DNA of 64,000 nt from an uncultured Gammaproteobacteria bacterium (GTDB lineage Bacteria; Pseudomonadota; Gammaproteobacteria; UBA9214): assembly GCA_963773065.1 (NCBI GenBank), contig CAVYZN010000009.1, forward strand, positions 128,001 to 192,000. The letters are read 5' to 3'. The stretch's first letter is position 1, and every line of letters begins with the position of its first letter. Of this stretch, positions 9,978-21,733 are shown one piece after another. The translations under genes and the position numbers were made by a program. The notes under the pieces are model-generated. The model did not search any database. It was not told where the DNA came from and worked only from the letters and a program-made list of their open reading frames with translations.

Positions 9978-10772
9978 TCAGGATGTCTTCGATTCGGCCT
10001 TGTTCAGCACCGTGCCCACGATATTGATGTTGCTGAGGAGTTCGACGGCGCGTTCGACATCCTGCTTTCGCGTCAGGCCTTCCTCGATCACCAGCAGGGC
10101 GGCGTCCACGTAGGGCGAGAAGGCCAGCGCATCCGCCGAGCTCAGGACCGGCGGCAGGTCGAAGATGATAATCCGGCTGTGATAGCGGGATTTCATGTCC
10201 CTGACCAGCCCGGCCATCTTCGGGGAGTTCAGCATCTCCGCCGAATTGGCCAGCGGCTTGCCGCCCGGCAGCAGCACCAGGTGCTCGACCCGGCTCGGCT
10301 GTATCAGCAGTTCCGCCAGGGGGACATCGCCGGTGAGGTAGTCGCTGAGACCCTTGCGCTGGGAAAGGCCGAAATGTTCCAGCATCCAGGGGTGGCGCAG
10401 GTTGGCATCGACCAGCAGCACCGTGTAGTCGACCTCACGGGCGATGCTGATGGCCAGGTTGATGGCGGTAAGCGTCTTGCCTTCACCGTTTCCCGGACTG
10501 GTCACGGCCAGCACATTCCAGTGGTTCTCCTTGAAGCGCTGCAGGATCTGGGTGCGCAGAATGTTGTAGGACTCGGTGAAGGCGCTCGGCTCCAGACCGG
10601 TCACGATGCGGTTTTCGCGTAACACGTCATCATCCAGGGTGATGGACTGGGTCTCGGCGTACTGGATGTCGCCGCTCCCGGTCCGTTGGCCCATGGCCGG
10701 GCCGGGCGCGGCGCCTTGCCTGATCGCGCGCTCCTGGCGCGCCTTCTCCAGGGCCTGTTTGATGCGTTCCAT
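9978..10772 (-). CDS. CpsD/CapB-family tyrosine-protein kinase (EPS/PEP-CTERM-associated)
   Basis: 'MERIKQALEKA' start, 'VTSP--GEGKT--AINLA', 'LLVDANLR-P', 'IIFDLPP', 'GTVLNK'. Confidence 0.9.
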   Translation of the reverse strand: MERIKQALEKARQERAIRQGAAPGPAMGQRTGSGDIQYAETQSITLDDDVLRENRIVTGLEPSAFTESYNILRTQILQRFKENHWNVLAVTSPGNGEGKTLTAINLAISIAREVDYTVLLVDANLRHPWMLEHFGLSQRKGLSDYLTGDVPLAELLIQPSRVEHLVLLPGGKPLANSAEMLNSPKMAGLVRDMKSRYHSRIIIFDLPPVLSSADALAFSPYVDAALLVIEEGLTRKQDVERAVELLSNINIVGTVLNKAESKTS

Positions 10773-10933
10773 AATCTGTCTTTCCTATGAGCCTGTTTTT
10801 ACAGGTAGATAATCTTTATATCCCAGCCACTGATGGCTGTCACGCGCTGTTCGCAAAACGTATCGAAAATCTTAGATGGACATCCTGGTTTTGTGGGTGG
10901 ATTACCTGCAACGATCGTGTTCCCGATAATATC

Positions 10934-12706
10934 CTAACCACCCACGATCGTACCCATCTTCCGCAACACCCGGAACCACAGAACGTCCAGTGGGGAGTAC
11001 AGGAAGTGGATCAGCAGCAGAACAAGAACGAACCCCCCGACTACCCCGGCTAGCATGAGATGCCGTCGTTTGCTTTTGTGACTGATATCCGCGTCACTGG
11101 CGAGGTAGGGTATGACCGCCAGCGGCGCCGTATTGAGGATGGAAACCACCCCCTTGGCGCCCCTCACGGCGGAGTCCATGTTCTCCGCCGTAGCGGCGGA
11201 TCCGATGCCCGCGCCCAGCGCCAGCACCAGGGACAGGAAGATGATGGCGGGACGGTTCGGGCTGACGGGTTCTTCCGGCAGGATGGCGGGGTCGATCAGG
11301 GTGAACTTCTCGCCCTTGCGCTCCTTTTCCATGGACTGCGCGACCTCCGCCGACATCTGCTTGTCCTTGATCTCCTGGTAGCGTTTGGTGTTATTCTCAA
11401 AATCACGGACGAGTCCCCGGTATTCGCGTTCAACCTGGGGGGTCTGTAGCAGGCGTTGTTCATATTCGGCCAGTTTATCGCTGAGTGTTGCCCGCTTGGT
11501 TTTAAGCGCAGTGATATCGCTGTTGGTGGCTTCCAACTGTGACTGCAGAGTAATATACGCGGGATTGTCCGGGGTTACCGGCGCTGCTTTCGGTGCCGCC
11601 TTGGCACCCGGCTTGCGGAGTATCTTCTTCGAGCGAGGCAATCTGGCGTTTCAGGCTTTTCACGTCCGGATGTTCGTCCGTGTAGGTTTTTTCCGCGATG
11701 ACCAACTCCTTGCGCAGCGCATCCAGCCGTGCAGCGTTTCTCCGACGATGTTTCGGTGATGCCGGTTTCCTTCTCCAGCGCCTCGATTTCCCGCTTTTGG
11801 CTGATGCACATCCGGATGGTTGGGCGAATAGCGGCTGGCATTACTGATATATTCCGTGCGCAATTCCGCCAGTCTGGCGCCCGGACTCTGGACGGTGCCG
11901 GAACCGTAGGGGTCGAGGATGGCCAGTTGTCCTTCCAGGTAGGTTTTCCGCTCCTCCAGTGAGCGCATCTGGGTATCATTATCGCTGATCTCGTTTTCCG
12001 TACGCTGGAGGACCTGCGTGTTCAAGTCCCTCAGTTCAGGCAACTTGTTGGCATTCTTTTCCTTGAATTCCGCCAGGGCGGTTTCCAGGCGGGAGATTTC
12101 CGCGCTCAGACGCTTGGCCTCTTCCGTCAGGAAGGTGGTGGTTTCCTCCGCCTTCTCGGTGCGCGTCCTCAGGTTCTCATTCAGATAGAGTGTCGTCAGT
12201 TCATTGGCGACTTTCTGCACCAGTTGGGGGTCTTTACCTTTAAAGCCGACCGTGAAGGCGATGGTGGCCGCCGTCGGGTGGCCGGTGCGCGGGTCCATCA
12301 CGTCTGCGTTGATCATGTCGAGCTTGATGTCATCGCGCATGTCGGCAAGGACTTCTTCCGTCGTTTCACGTTTGCGCTTGCTCTGGTACAAACCGTATTT
12401 ATCCATGATTTCCAGAAGATTACTGCGGGTCATGACGCGCTGGCTGATGACCTGGATACGTTCCGAGGCATAGCTGGTGACGGTGGACTGGATCAGTTCA
12501 GACGGAATTTCCTGTTCCTCGATCAGGATGGTGGCCGATGATGCATAGGTGGGCGGCCAGACAAAGGCGGTGATGAGTCCCAGGATGAAAACGATCCCGG
12601 CGATCAATATGATCATGCCCCGCCGGCGGCGAAAGGCGTCGAGGTAATCCCCGAGATCCAGTGTCTGTTCGAGTGCAAGTTCAGCCATGGGTGTCTTGTC
12701 CAGCAT
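10934..12706 (-). CDS. Wzz/Wzc-type polysaccharide chain-length determinant (frameshifted)
   Basis: Two TMs flanking coiled-coil, 'Y-PNHPDV', 'YTDEHPDV', 'GEKFTLIDPA-LPE-PVSPNR'. Confidence 0.85.
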
Positions 12707-12761
12707 CAGGTGTAATGGCAGGTATTTCGGGATGATCCGGAAATACCTTGGAAATAAGAGG

Positions 12762-14040
12762 TTAACGGGAGGTGAATATCTTAGTAGGTCGGTAGGTGAG
12801 CGTCAAATAGACCGCATTTTGCGTAGCGGCATCGCCGTTGGTGTTTTTACTCTCGGAATACTGAGTACTCACCGTCCAGTGTCCACTGTGGTTGCCATTG
12901 CCAGGCGATACTGGGCTGGATTCTGAAAAAATTATTGGGTTTTGTCTGCAAGTTGCCCCCCGATGAATTGACGATGGTATCCTGCTTATAGTAATCGACC
13001 GACAGGCGGGAGGTCAGGGTTTCCGTGAAATGGTGCTCCCCGGTCAGGGATAGATGCGTGGTATCGAGGAGCCCTCCGGTGCCGCTCGGTGTGGCAAGAC
13101 GTGACGCGGAAGCGCTCAGACTGCCTCGTTCCAGTGACTTGGTAATACTTGCCGAGTACACCGCGCCGGTGTTATTGACTTGTTCCGTGTCCGTTCCCGT
13201 CTGAACGGGAAAGCCGCCATTACATTTCGGGAAACTGGCGCCGGGGTCCGCCCCCACACAGAATCCCGTCGGTATCAGGGTATCCGAGGTGGTCTGGCGC
13301 CAGCCCGCCAGCCACGAGGTGGACACTGTCTCGCTATGTTGCCTGGTTAGGCCGACCTGAATCGCATAGGTATCGGAGTTGAGGTTTGTTTCCGGTAGAT
13401 AGTGGCTGAATGATGTCGATACGGTCCCTTGAGTGAGCGGCGTGAACTGACGAATCAATGACGCAGAGGCGGTATTGAAGTCATAGTTGACCAGGCTGGA
13501 CTGTCCGACTATATCTGAATAGTCGACCCGGTTGAATGCGTAGTCCAGATCCAGTTGGGTCTTTTCATTGAGGCTTCTTGTCCAACTGGGATTCAGGACG
13601 GTGCTCAAGCGGGTGGCAATATTTTCGATCACCTGGCCAGTCTGGGTCAGTTCCGAGTCGAGCGTGCTGTCCTGGGTGATATCCACATTGGCCCCAAAAT
13701 TATTGCGCTCGGTCTGTTGATAGGAGTTGACATTCAGGTGATAGTCCTCCCGGTCCAGCAGGTTGCTGCTGGTATCGCCGCTGCCGCCATAGAAGCGCAC
13801 GATCGAGACGTCCGCGTTTCCGAACAAGCCCCTGGTTTTCGTTTCTACGCCAAATTTGACGGCGGGCGTAAGGTCCGCTTCCCACACCGAATCATGAGGC
13901 GCCGTGGTCAGCCGGTAGTTGTCGTTGTAGCCAGAGCGCAGGGAAACCGTCGGCTCCGCCGACCATTCCGCCGCCCACACGGATTGCGACAAGGCCAACA
14001 GCAAGGTCAGTGGCAGGCTTGGAACATAAACGATGCGCAT
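12762..14040 (-). CDS. EPS-associated outer-membrane beta-barrel protein (C-terminal frameshift)
   Basis: Signal peptide, 'AEWSAEP-V-LR-GYNDNYRL', alternating beta-strand pattern; alternative frame ends 'AVYLTLTYRPTKIFTSR*' at 12762. Confidence 0.75.
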
Positions 14041-14122
14041 CAGCTAGATCGATTTCTTGGCCAGAAAACGTTTCTATGCAATGGGCGAATCTTGTGTCTT
14101 TGTTCATCCCTGAAAATATCTG

Positions 14123-14264
14123 TTTTCCGTGTATTTCCGTGTGCTTCGAAGTTCAGGGACGAACAAGTGTCGCGGGAGGCAGGAAGCCGGAAGCGACCCG
14201 TGGCCATTAAATTATCTTTTCTCGCATATCACTTCTCACTTCATTACCTCTTACTCTTTCCTTC
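14123..14264 (-). repeat. Composite element arm after wza stop (heptamers + TAATGGCCACGG arm with level-1 hairpin insert)
   Basis: Reverse complement matches 59719-59790. Confidence 0.8.
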
Positions 14265-14842
14265 TCACGGCACCACCACCACATCCCCGCTCTGCAGGAT
14301 GATGTTCTGCTCCAGGTCCTCTCCTTTCTCGATATCGCCATAGCGGAACGGGATTGATACCTCTTTCCCATTTTCCCGGCGCAGCACGATAATCTTGTTG
14401 TCGGCGGCATACGGTGTCATGCCACCCGCCACACTCAGCGCCTGCACGACGTCCATATACCGGTTAGCCAGAAATTCTCCAGGTTTAGTAACCTTTCCGA
14501 TCACGTAGATCTTATTGCCATCCAGCTTCAGCATGGCCACCGTCACAACCGGATCCGGAATATATTTCGTGAGCCGTTCGGTAATCATCTCCTGCAGACT
14601 CCGCAACCGATTTGCCCGCGGCCTGAATGTCGCCCGCCAGGGGAAACGACATGCCGCCATCGGGTCTGACCATGACCTGCTTCAGAAGGTCTTCTTCTTT
14701 CCAGACGGAGACTTCAAGAATGTCTCCGGGTTGTATTTTGTAGGTTGTTATCACCAGCAGCGCCATCATCGGCCAGGGCGAGCTGAAGTGACTGGAATGC
14801 CAGAATCGCAATCAGTAATACCGTCGGTGATTTAGCCATCAT
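14265..14842 (-). CDS. wza: Polysaccharide export protein Wza/Poly_export-SLBB (frameshifted)
   Basis: 'YKIQPGDILEVSVWKEEDL---V-VRPDG-MSFPLAG-I-AAGK', 'IYVIGKV-KPG', 'LQSGDVVVVP'. Confidence 0.85.
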
Positions 14843-15177
14843 TGGATCCCAAATTTCCCCAGGGTGGATTGCAGATAACCATAGATCGTTTCAGTCTGGG
14901 TCGATAGTATCGTTTCTTTATCGATCAGTGGAGTGAAACAATTGCTGAATTTTAATGATTCAATCAAATAGTCCCATGCCCGTCAACCTAAATGACGGAT
15001 TTCCTGGGATTGTATCGTTTTCCGTGTGTGGGTGCGTGTACCTCCGGGCCTGTTTCAATGGCTACACCTTTGGTGAACTTCTGTCCGTGCGATTTGAATG
15101 AACTGGCCTGAATTCATCGAGTCCGCGTTTTGCAACCGCTGATGGTCTCTGAGTGGCGGTAATGAACAAGAGTAATT

Positions 15178-17472
15178 TCATGCCTCCACGACGATATGAG
15201 TTGGGGACAACCCGGACTGATACCGTGCATGCATCTTTCTATAGGCCGCTTCGATGTGGCGGGTGAAGCGCGCCGTGTCAAAGAGCGGCTGAGTGGTTCT
15301 GTTGACCGCCAGCTTCTGGCGGAGGGCGGCAAGCTGTTCCGGCCGGGTCGCCAATGCCAGCGCCAGTGATTCATACTCGGCATGGCTATGTGTGATCAAT
15401 TCGGGCAGACCCACGGCAGTGAGCAGACTCGCCGCGACCCGTCCCGCGAAGGTGTCGCCCAGACAGGTCAGCACGGGCAGGCCGGCCCACAGGGCATCGC
15501 TCGCGGTGGTGTGGGCGTTGTAATAAAACGTGTCCAGAAACAAATCCGCCTGGCGCTGGCGGGCCAGATGATCCGCCAAAGCCATGCGTGGGGCAAACAC
15601 CAGTCGTTCCGGCGCGATACCGCGTTTCCCGGCTTCAAGACGCAGGTTCCTGGCGGCGGTCGCGTTTCCTTCCAGCAACCAAAGCACGCTTCCCTCAACC
15701 GTGTGCAGCAGGCGCATCCAGATGGCGAACAGATCCGGGGTGATCTTGTAGCTGTTGTTGAAACAACAGAACACGAAGGCATTCTCGGGCAGACCCAGCT
15801 CGGCGCGGCTGAAGGAGCCTGTCCGAGATCACCTTGGTCGAATCGTTAAACCTGATAGGAGTGCGGCAGATAGACGATCTTTCGTGTAATACGGCTGGTG
15901 TTCCGGCGGGATCAGCATGGGGTCGGCGATGAGATAGTCGATGTAGTCGGCGCCATAGTGCCAGGATATCCCAAGTAATTCACCTGCACGGGTGCGGGGC
16001 GCAAGGCAAAGACCGCTGTGCGGGCATTTGCCGTATGTCCATTAAGGTCAATGGCGATATCGATTTCCAGTTCCGGGCAAGGCGGCGATTTCATGATCGT
16101 TCCGGGTCCTTACATCGATGAAGCGGTCAAAGGAATTTTCCAACGCTGGCGCATAGGTGTCATCCGACTGGGGGTCCGAAAACGAAAATCCGATAATTTC
16201 GAACTTTGAATGATCATGGCGTTCAATGAGTTCGGCCATCAGGTGGCCAGTCGCATGATTACGAAAGTCGGCAGAGAAATAGCCAATTCGAATCGCGGTC
16301 ATGTGTGCATAGCGTTCGTCCGTGCCACAGGGGTGTGGAACTGGCTGGAAATTTGTCGGTGAGGTAAGTCTGGGCGCAGTGATGTTGCTGGGCGGGACGG
16401 GAGGGGATTGCCAGAAAAAAAATGGAGATCGAGGCTTTTTCTCCAAGATCAACCGCATGGATAATCCTGGCGTAGGCATCTTCGAGGTCACCCCAATCAC
16501 AACAGTGCATTTTGCTGTGCAGCCAGGAGCCAAGGACGTAAGGCAAATCAGGGCTGATGGCAATCGCCTTGCTATAACTCGTCAAGGCTTCATCGTATCG
16601 ATTCAGGTCCTGGAGAACATTCCCCGGTTATTATACGCATCGGCGAAATCCGGCTTGAGGGCGATGGCGCGGTCATAGCTCGCCAGGGCCTCGTCCGGGC
16701 GTTTGAGGTCCTTGAGCGCATTCCCCCGGTTGCTGTACGCCTCGGCGAAATCCGGCTTGAGGGCGATGGCGCGGTCATAGCTGGCCAGGGCCTCATCCAG
16801 GCGTTTGAGGTCCTTGAGCGCGTTGCCCCGGTTGTAGTGCGCTTCGACGAAATCCGGCTTGAGCGCGATGGCGCGATCACAGTTGACCAGGGCCTCGTCC
16901 AGGCGCTTGAGATCATTAAGCGTATGGCCCCGGTTGTAGTACGCTTCGGCGAAATCCGGCTTGAGGGCGATGGCGCGGTCATAGCTGGCCAGGGCCTCGT
17001 CCAGGCGTTTCAGTTCTTTGAGCGTATTGCCCTGATTGTAGTACGCCTGGACATAATCCGGCTTGAGGGCGATGGCGCGGTCATAGCTGGCCAGTGCTTC
17101 GTCCAGGCGTTTGAGGTCGTTAAGCGTATTGCCCCGGTTGTAATACGCCTGGGCGAAATCGGGTTTGAGTGCGATGGCCCGGTCATAGCTGGCCAGGGCT
17201 TCGTCGGGGCGCTTCAGGTCTTTGAGCGCATTGCCCCGATTCATCTGCGCGTTGGGTTGATTGGGGTTAATTGCCAGCGACCTCCCGATCAACCCGATAC
17301 CTTCCTCGAGATGGCCCTGTTGCAAATGAAGCGTGCCGAGATTGGTAAGGGCGTTGACGTGCCTGCCATCCCTGGCAAGGATTTGTTCATAGAGGGCTTG
17401 TGCCTCGACTAGCCTGCCCGCTTGATGCTGCGCCAGGGCTTGTGTGAACAAAGCGGTCACATTTATGCTCAC
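15178..17472 (-). CDS. TPR-containing GT41 O-GlcNAc-transferase/SPINDLY-family protein, copy 2 (multiple frameshifts)
   Basis: TPR array; '[14 protein letters not shown]', '[15 protein letters not shown]', '[10 protein letters not shown]', '[24 protein letters not shown]'. Confidence 0.85.
16600..17240 (-). repeat. 102-bp tandem TPR-coding repeats
   Basis: Near-identical units encoding [34 protein letters not shown]. Confidence 0.9.
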
Positions 17473-17500
17473 GATTACATGCCCTTCGCCCCGGTTCTTC

Positions 17501-19778
17501 TCATGCCTCCACGACGATATGAGTTGGGGACAACCCGGACTGATACCGTGCATGCATCATTCTTATAGGCCGCTTCGATGTGGCGGGTGAAGCGCGCCGT
17601 GTCGAAGAGCGGCTGAGTGGTTCTGTTGACCGCCAGTTTCTGGCGGAGGGCGGCAAGTTGCTCCGGCCGGGTCGCCAATGCCAGCGCCAGTGATTCATAC
17701 TCGGCATGGCTATGTGTGATCAATTCGGGCAGACCCACGGCAGTGAGCAGACTCGCCGCGACCCGTCCCGCGAAGGCATCGCCCAGACAGGTCAGCACGG
17801 GCAGGCCGGCCCACAAGGCATCGCTCGCGGTGGTGTGGGCGTTGTAATAAAACGTGTCCAGAAACAAATCCGCCTGGCGCTGGCGGGCCAGATGCTCGGC
17901 CAGATTTTCCATGCGTGAGGCAAACACCAGACGATCCGGCGCGATACCGCGTTTGCCGGCTTCAAGACGCAGGTTCCTGGCGGCGGTCGGGTTTCCTTGC
18001 GACAACCAAAGCACGCTTCCCTCAACCGTGTGCAGCAGGCGCATCCAGATGGTGAACAGATCCGGGGTGATCTTGTAGCTGTTGTTGAAACAACAGAACA
18101 CGAAGGCATTCTCGGGCAGACCCAGCTCGGCGCGGCTGAAGGAGCGGTCCGAGATCACCTTGGTCGAATCGTTCACCTGATAGGAGTGCGGCAGATAGAC
18201 GATCTTCTCGTCGTAATACGGTTGGTGTTCCGCTGGGATCAGCGTGGGGTCGGCGATGAGGTAATCGATGTAGTCAGCGCCGAGCGTGCCTGGATAGCCC
18301 AGGTAATTCACTTGCACCGGTGCAGGACGCGGTGCAAAGACGCCCGTGCGGGCATCCTGGGTGTGTCCATAGAGATCAACCGCAATATCGATCTCCAGTT
18401 CACGCGCCAGGGTGGCGATCTCCTTGTCTGTCTGGGTCCTTACATCGAAGAAGCGGTCAAAACTCTTCTCCAATCGCTGACGCCATGTGTCATTTGCAGG
18501 CGGTCCCAAGGAGAAACCGATAATTTCGAACTGTGTGCGGTCATGGCATTCGATAAGGTGACTTATCAGATGGGCTACGGGGTGATCACGAAAATCAGTG
18601 GAGAAGTACCCAATACGAATGCGGTCATGGATATAGCGTTCACCCTGCCACAGTTGTGTGGAACTGGCGGGATATTTGTCGCGGATGTAAGTCCGTGCGC
18701 AGTGTTGTTGCTGGGCGGGACGGGAGGGTAGCGCTAAAAAAGCAAAGGGGGATGCGACATTTTTGCCAAGATCAACCGCATGGGCAATCCTGGTGTAGAC
18801 GGTGTCAAGATCTTCCCAGTTACAACATTGCATCTTGCTATGCAGCCAGGAGCCAAGAGTGTAAGGCAAATCAGGATTGAGGGCGATGGCGCGGTCATAA
18901 TTGGCCATGGCCTCGTTGAAGCGTTTGAGGTCGTTGAAGGCATTGCCCCGGTTGCTGTAGGCATCGGCATAATCCGGTTTGAGGGCGATGGCGCGGTCAA
19001 AATTGGCTATTGCCTCATCGTAGCGCTTGAGGTCGTTGAGCACATTGCCCCGGTTGCTGTACGCCTCGGCATAATCCGGTTTGAGGGCGATGGCGCGGTC
19101 AAAACTGGCCAGGGCCTCATCCAGGCGTTTGAGGTCGTTGAGGGCATTGCCCCGGTTGCAGTACGCCTGGGCGAAGTTCGGATTGAAGGCGATGGCGCGG
19201 TCAAAATTGGCCAGGGCCTGGTCCATGCGTTTCAGGTCTTTGAGTGCTATGCCCCGGTTGTAGTAGGCCTGGAAGTAATCCGGCTTGAGGGCGATGGCGC
19301 GGTCATAGCTGGCCAGCGCTTCGTCCAGTCGATTGAGTCCTTGGAGCGCATTGCCCCGGTTGTAGTACGCCTCGGCATAATCCGGCTTGAGGGCGATGGC
19401 GCGGTCATAGCTGGTCAGGGCTTCGTCCAGACGCTTCAAGGCTTGGAGCGCATTGCCCCGGTTGTTATGCGCATTGGGTTGATTGGGATTGATTTCCAGC
19501 GACCTCCCGATCAACCGGATACCTTCCTCGAGATGACCCTGTTGCAAATGAAGCGTGCCCAGATTATTGAGGGCGTTGATGTGCCTGCCATCCCTGGCAA
19601 GGATTTGTTCATAGAGGGCTTGTGCCTCGACTAGCCTGCCCGCTTGATGCTGCGCCAGGGCTTGTGTGAACAAATCGGTCGCATTGGTTTTGGCCGGGGA
19701 GAATGATTTAGGGTTTTTCTCGCTGCCGTGTGCCGACGGCTTAGGCGACGGCGGTTTTGATCTACTTCTTTTCTTCAT
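17501..19778 (-). CDS. TPR-containing GT41 O-GlcNAc-transferase/SPINDLY-family protein, copy 1
   Basis: 767-aa ORF with all GT41 motifs; probable true C-terminus '[10 protein letters not shown]' in adjacent frame, same as copy 2. Confidence 0.9.
18860..19470 (-). repeat. 102-bp tandem TPR-coding repeats
   Basis: Same unit as 16600-17240. Confidence 0.9.
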
Positions 19779-19965
19779 TTCTCAGCGTGTCGTCAGTATA
19801 TTTCCCCGGACAGGGACATCGTATCTACCGACGGTTATTCATGAAGGACGACGGCATCCCGTTACCTAACGAACCGCCAATGTCGCTCTTGCCTCTTGGA
19901 GGAACCCAATAGACATATCGCCAGTAACACTGCCTGGTTGTCAAACGGAATCCAGCATTACCCTC

Positions 19966-21192
19966 TCACTGTACATCGACCGTGGCCGATCCGCTCGAAT
20001 TGTTATCGCTTGCATCGGAAGCCGTCACATCCAGTCTGATACGCTGATGAAACTGATTCAGATTGGTTCCGGCATTTGGCGTCAGCACCAATGCATACCC
20101 ATCCACGACATCCAGCGCCTGTGTCGGGGTCAGTACCGCACGGTATTCCGATGCCTCATCGCAGGCATCCTGTACCACGATATGGGTTATCACGCGCTGG
20201 CCTTTCCCGACGACCGTTACCGTCTGACTGCTTGCCGTACTGATGAACCCCGCCTCGATGGTCGGGGGGGTCGTATCCTGTACCGTGACAATTAAAGAAT
20301 CATTCGCCGTCAGGCCATTCTTGGTTTCGAGTATGGCAACTACCGTGTGCGAACCCAATGCAATGAAAGGTAGTATCGTTGTTCCACTGCCGCCCGCTGT
20401 GCCATCGACGAGCCAACTGATCGACGCGACCTGATCCCCGATTGGGACAACCGTGTTGGCGGTCATCTCGACATTCGATCCACCGGGTGACGCACATTCC
20501 TGCACTTCTCCGCCGGTCACTTCGATATTGATCTTCAGGATGGGCGGCGGAATTGCGACCGTACCTTCAAGGTGCAAGCGGTACCCGACGCCTCCGAATC
20601 CTGACGGATCACCCGCTGGTACGTGGGCCTGGTAGTTGAGCACGTAGCTATCCCCGATCTGGCAGGCCGGCGAACTGCAATTCAGAATCGCTACTCCAGT
20701 ATCCGCGGGGATATGTGCCGGATCACCGCCCAAGGGAATATTCGGAATGCCGTTCCAAGTCATACCCCAGGCGGTGAATGCCAGTGTGTAATTGCCGGTT
20801 CCGTCATTATTGATGACAGTGACGCCGTTGCTACTCGCGAGCGTCTGATGCATACCGGTGTTCCCGAAAAACGCCCAAGGTTCGTCGACATCGGGGGATT
20901 CGCTCCCATCCGGTCCGCCGGGATGGCTCCCGGTTGCCGCTTGGGCCTGACCCAGGACGATACCGTTAAAGGATTTTATCGGCGTAGACACGAAGAGATT
21001 TGGTCCTACCTCGAATGCGAAGTAGGAGCCGGACGCCGGTAGTCCAAGCCCCTCCACTGGTTCCGCGGGATCAAACACCAGCGCATCGCCGTTGGATAGC
21101 GCCCAGGCGGATGCAGACAGATGGGAGCCAAGCACCAGGAACAGCAGGTTGAAACAGAATCTTATAACGGGTTTCATGGTTTTATACCTCAT
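19966..21192 (-). CDS. Secreted protein C: signal peptide + 'GDPSGFGGV' domain + PKD/HYR-like Ig domain
   Basis: Sec signal ending 'ASAWA'; shared domain motifs; 'W--DG…LGSH-V…VTVQDTTPP' Ig-like pattern; no C-terminal anchor. Confidence 0.75.
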   Translation of the reverse strand: MRYKTMKPVIRFCFNLLFLVLGSHLSASAWALSNGDALVFDPAEPVEGLGLPASGSYFAFEVGPNLFVSTPIKSFNGIVLGQAQAATGSHPGGPDGSESPDVDEPWAFFGNTGMHQTLASSNGVTVINNDGTGNYTLAFTAWGMTWNGIPNIPLGGDPAHIPADTGVAILNCSSPACQIGDSYVLNYQAHVPAGDPSGFGGVGYRLHLEGTVAIPPPILKINIEVTGGEVQECASPGGSNVEMTANTVVPIGDQVASISWLVDGTAGGSGTTILPFIALGSHTVVAILETKNGLTANDSLIVTVQDTTPPTIEAGFISTASSQTVTVVGKGQRVITHIVVQDACDEASEYRAVLTPTQALDVVDGYALVLTPNAGTNLNQFHQRIRLDVTASDASDNNSSGSATVDVQ

Positions 21193-21509
21193 TGTTATCG
21201 CACGCCAGGATAGTTGAAACAGGTCGTGGCTATGTTGTGGCTATGTAGTTATTAAAGATGATCTGGTGGCGGGATGATGCACCCCGATTACGCGCTTGGT
21301 TCCCCCGACTCCGGATTATTGTGTGATTACGCTTGTAATGAAACAAACATATCCGAACATCGCCAACATAACAACTCCCGATGTTAAGGTGGGGTAGTTT
21401 CAAGTGTCTAAGAAGCCGGGCAAGCGCGCTTCTTCGAACTTGGTGGGGTTGAACTCTACCCGACAGGTTTTCGAAGGATACAGTCTATCCATCTGACCAG
21501 GGGTAGATC

Positions 21510-21666
21510 CGAATGGCACATACTTAAGACATTTTCCGGCCATTCGTCATTCCGGCCGGAGCGAAGCGCAGAGCCGGAATCCAGAAATTCATGAACCTTC
21601 CTGGATTCCCGCTTCCGCGGGAATGACGAAAAATGCGGGACTCTTGCCTTAAGTATGTGCCATTCG
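21510..21666. mobile_element. MITE-like element, 157 bp, perfect 19-bp TIR
   Basis: CGAATGGCACATACTTAAG / CTTAAGTATGTGCCATTCG enclosing GTCATTCC…GGAATCCAG / CTGGATTCCC…GGGAATGAC hairpins. Confidence 0.7.
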
Positions 21667-21677
21667 TGTAGCCCCAT

Positions 21678-21711
21678 AAAAAACGGCGTAGCCATTTCTG
21701 GCTACGCCGTT
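21678..21711 (-). terminator. Intrinsic terminator of surface protein A
   Basis: AACGGCGTAGCCA-tttc-TGGCTACGCCGTT hairpin followed by T-run on the minus strand. Confidence 0.85.
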
Positions 21712-21733
21712 GCCAATCATACAGACAGGTTAT

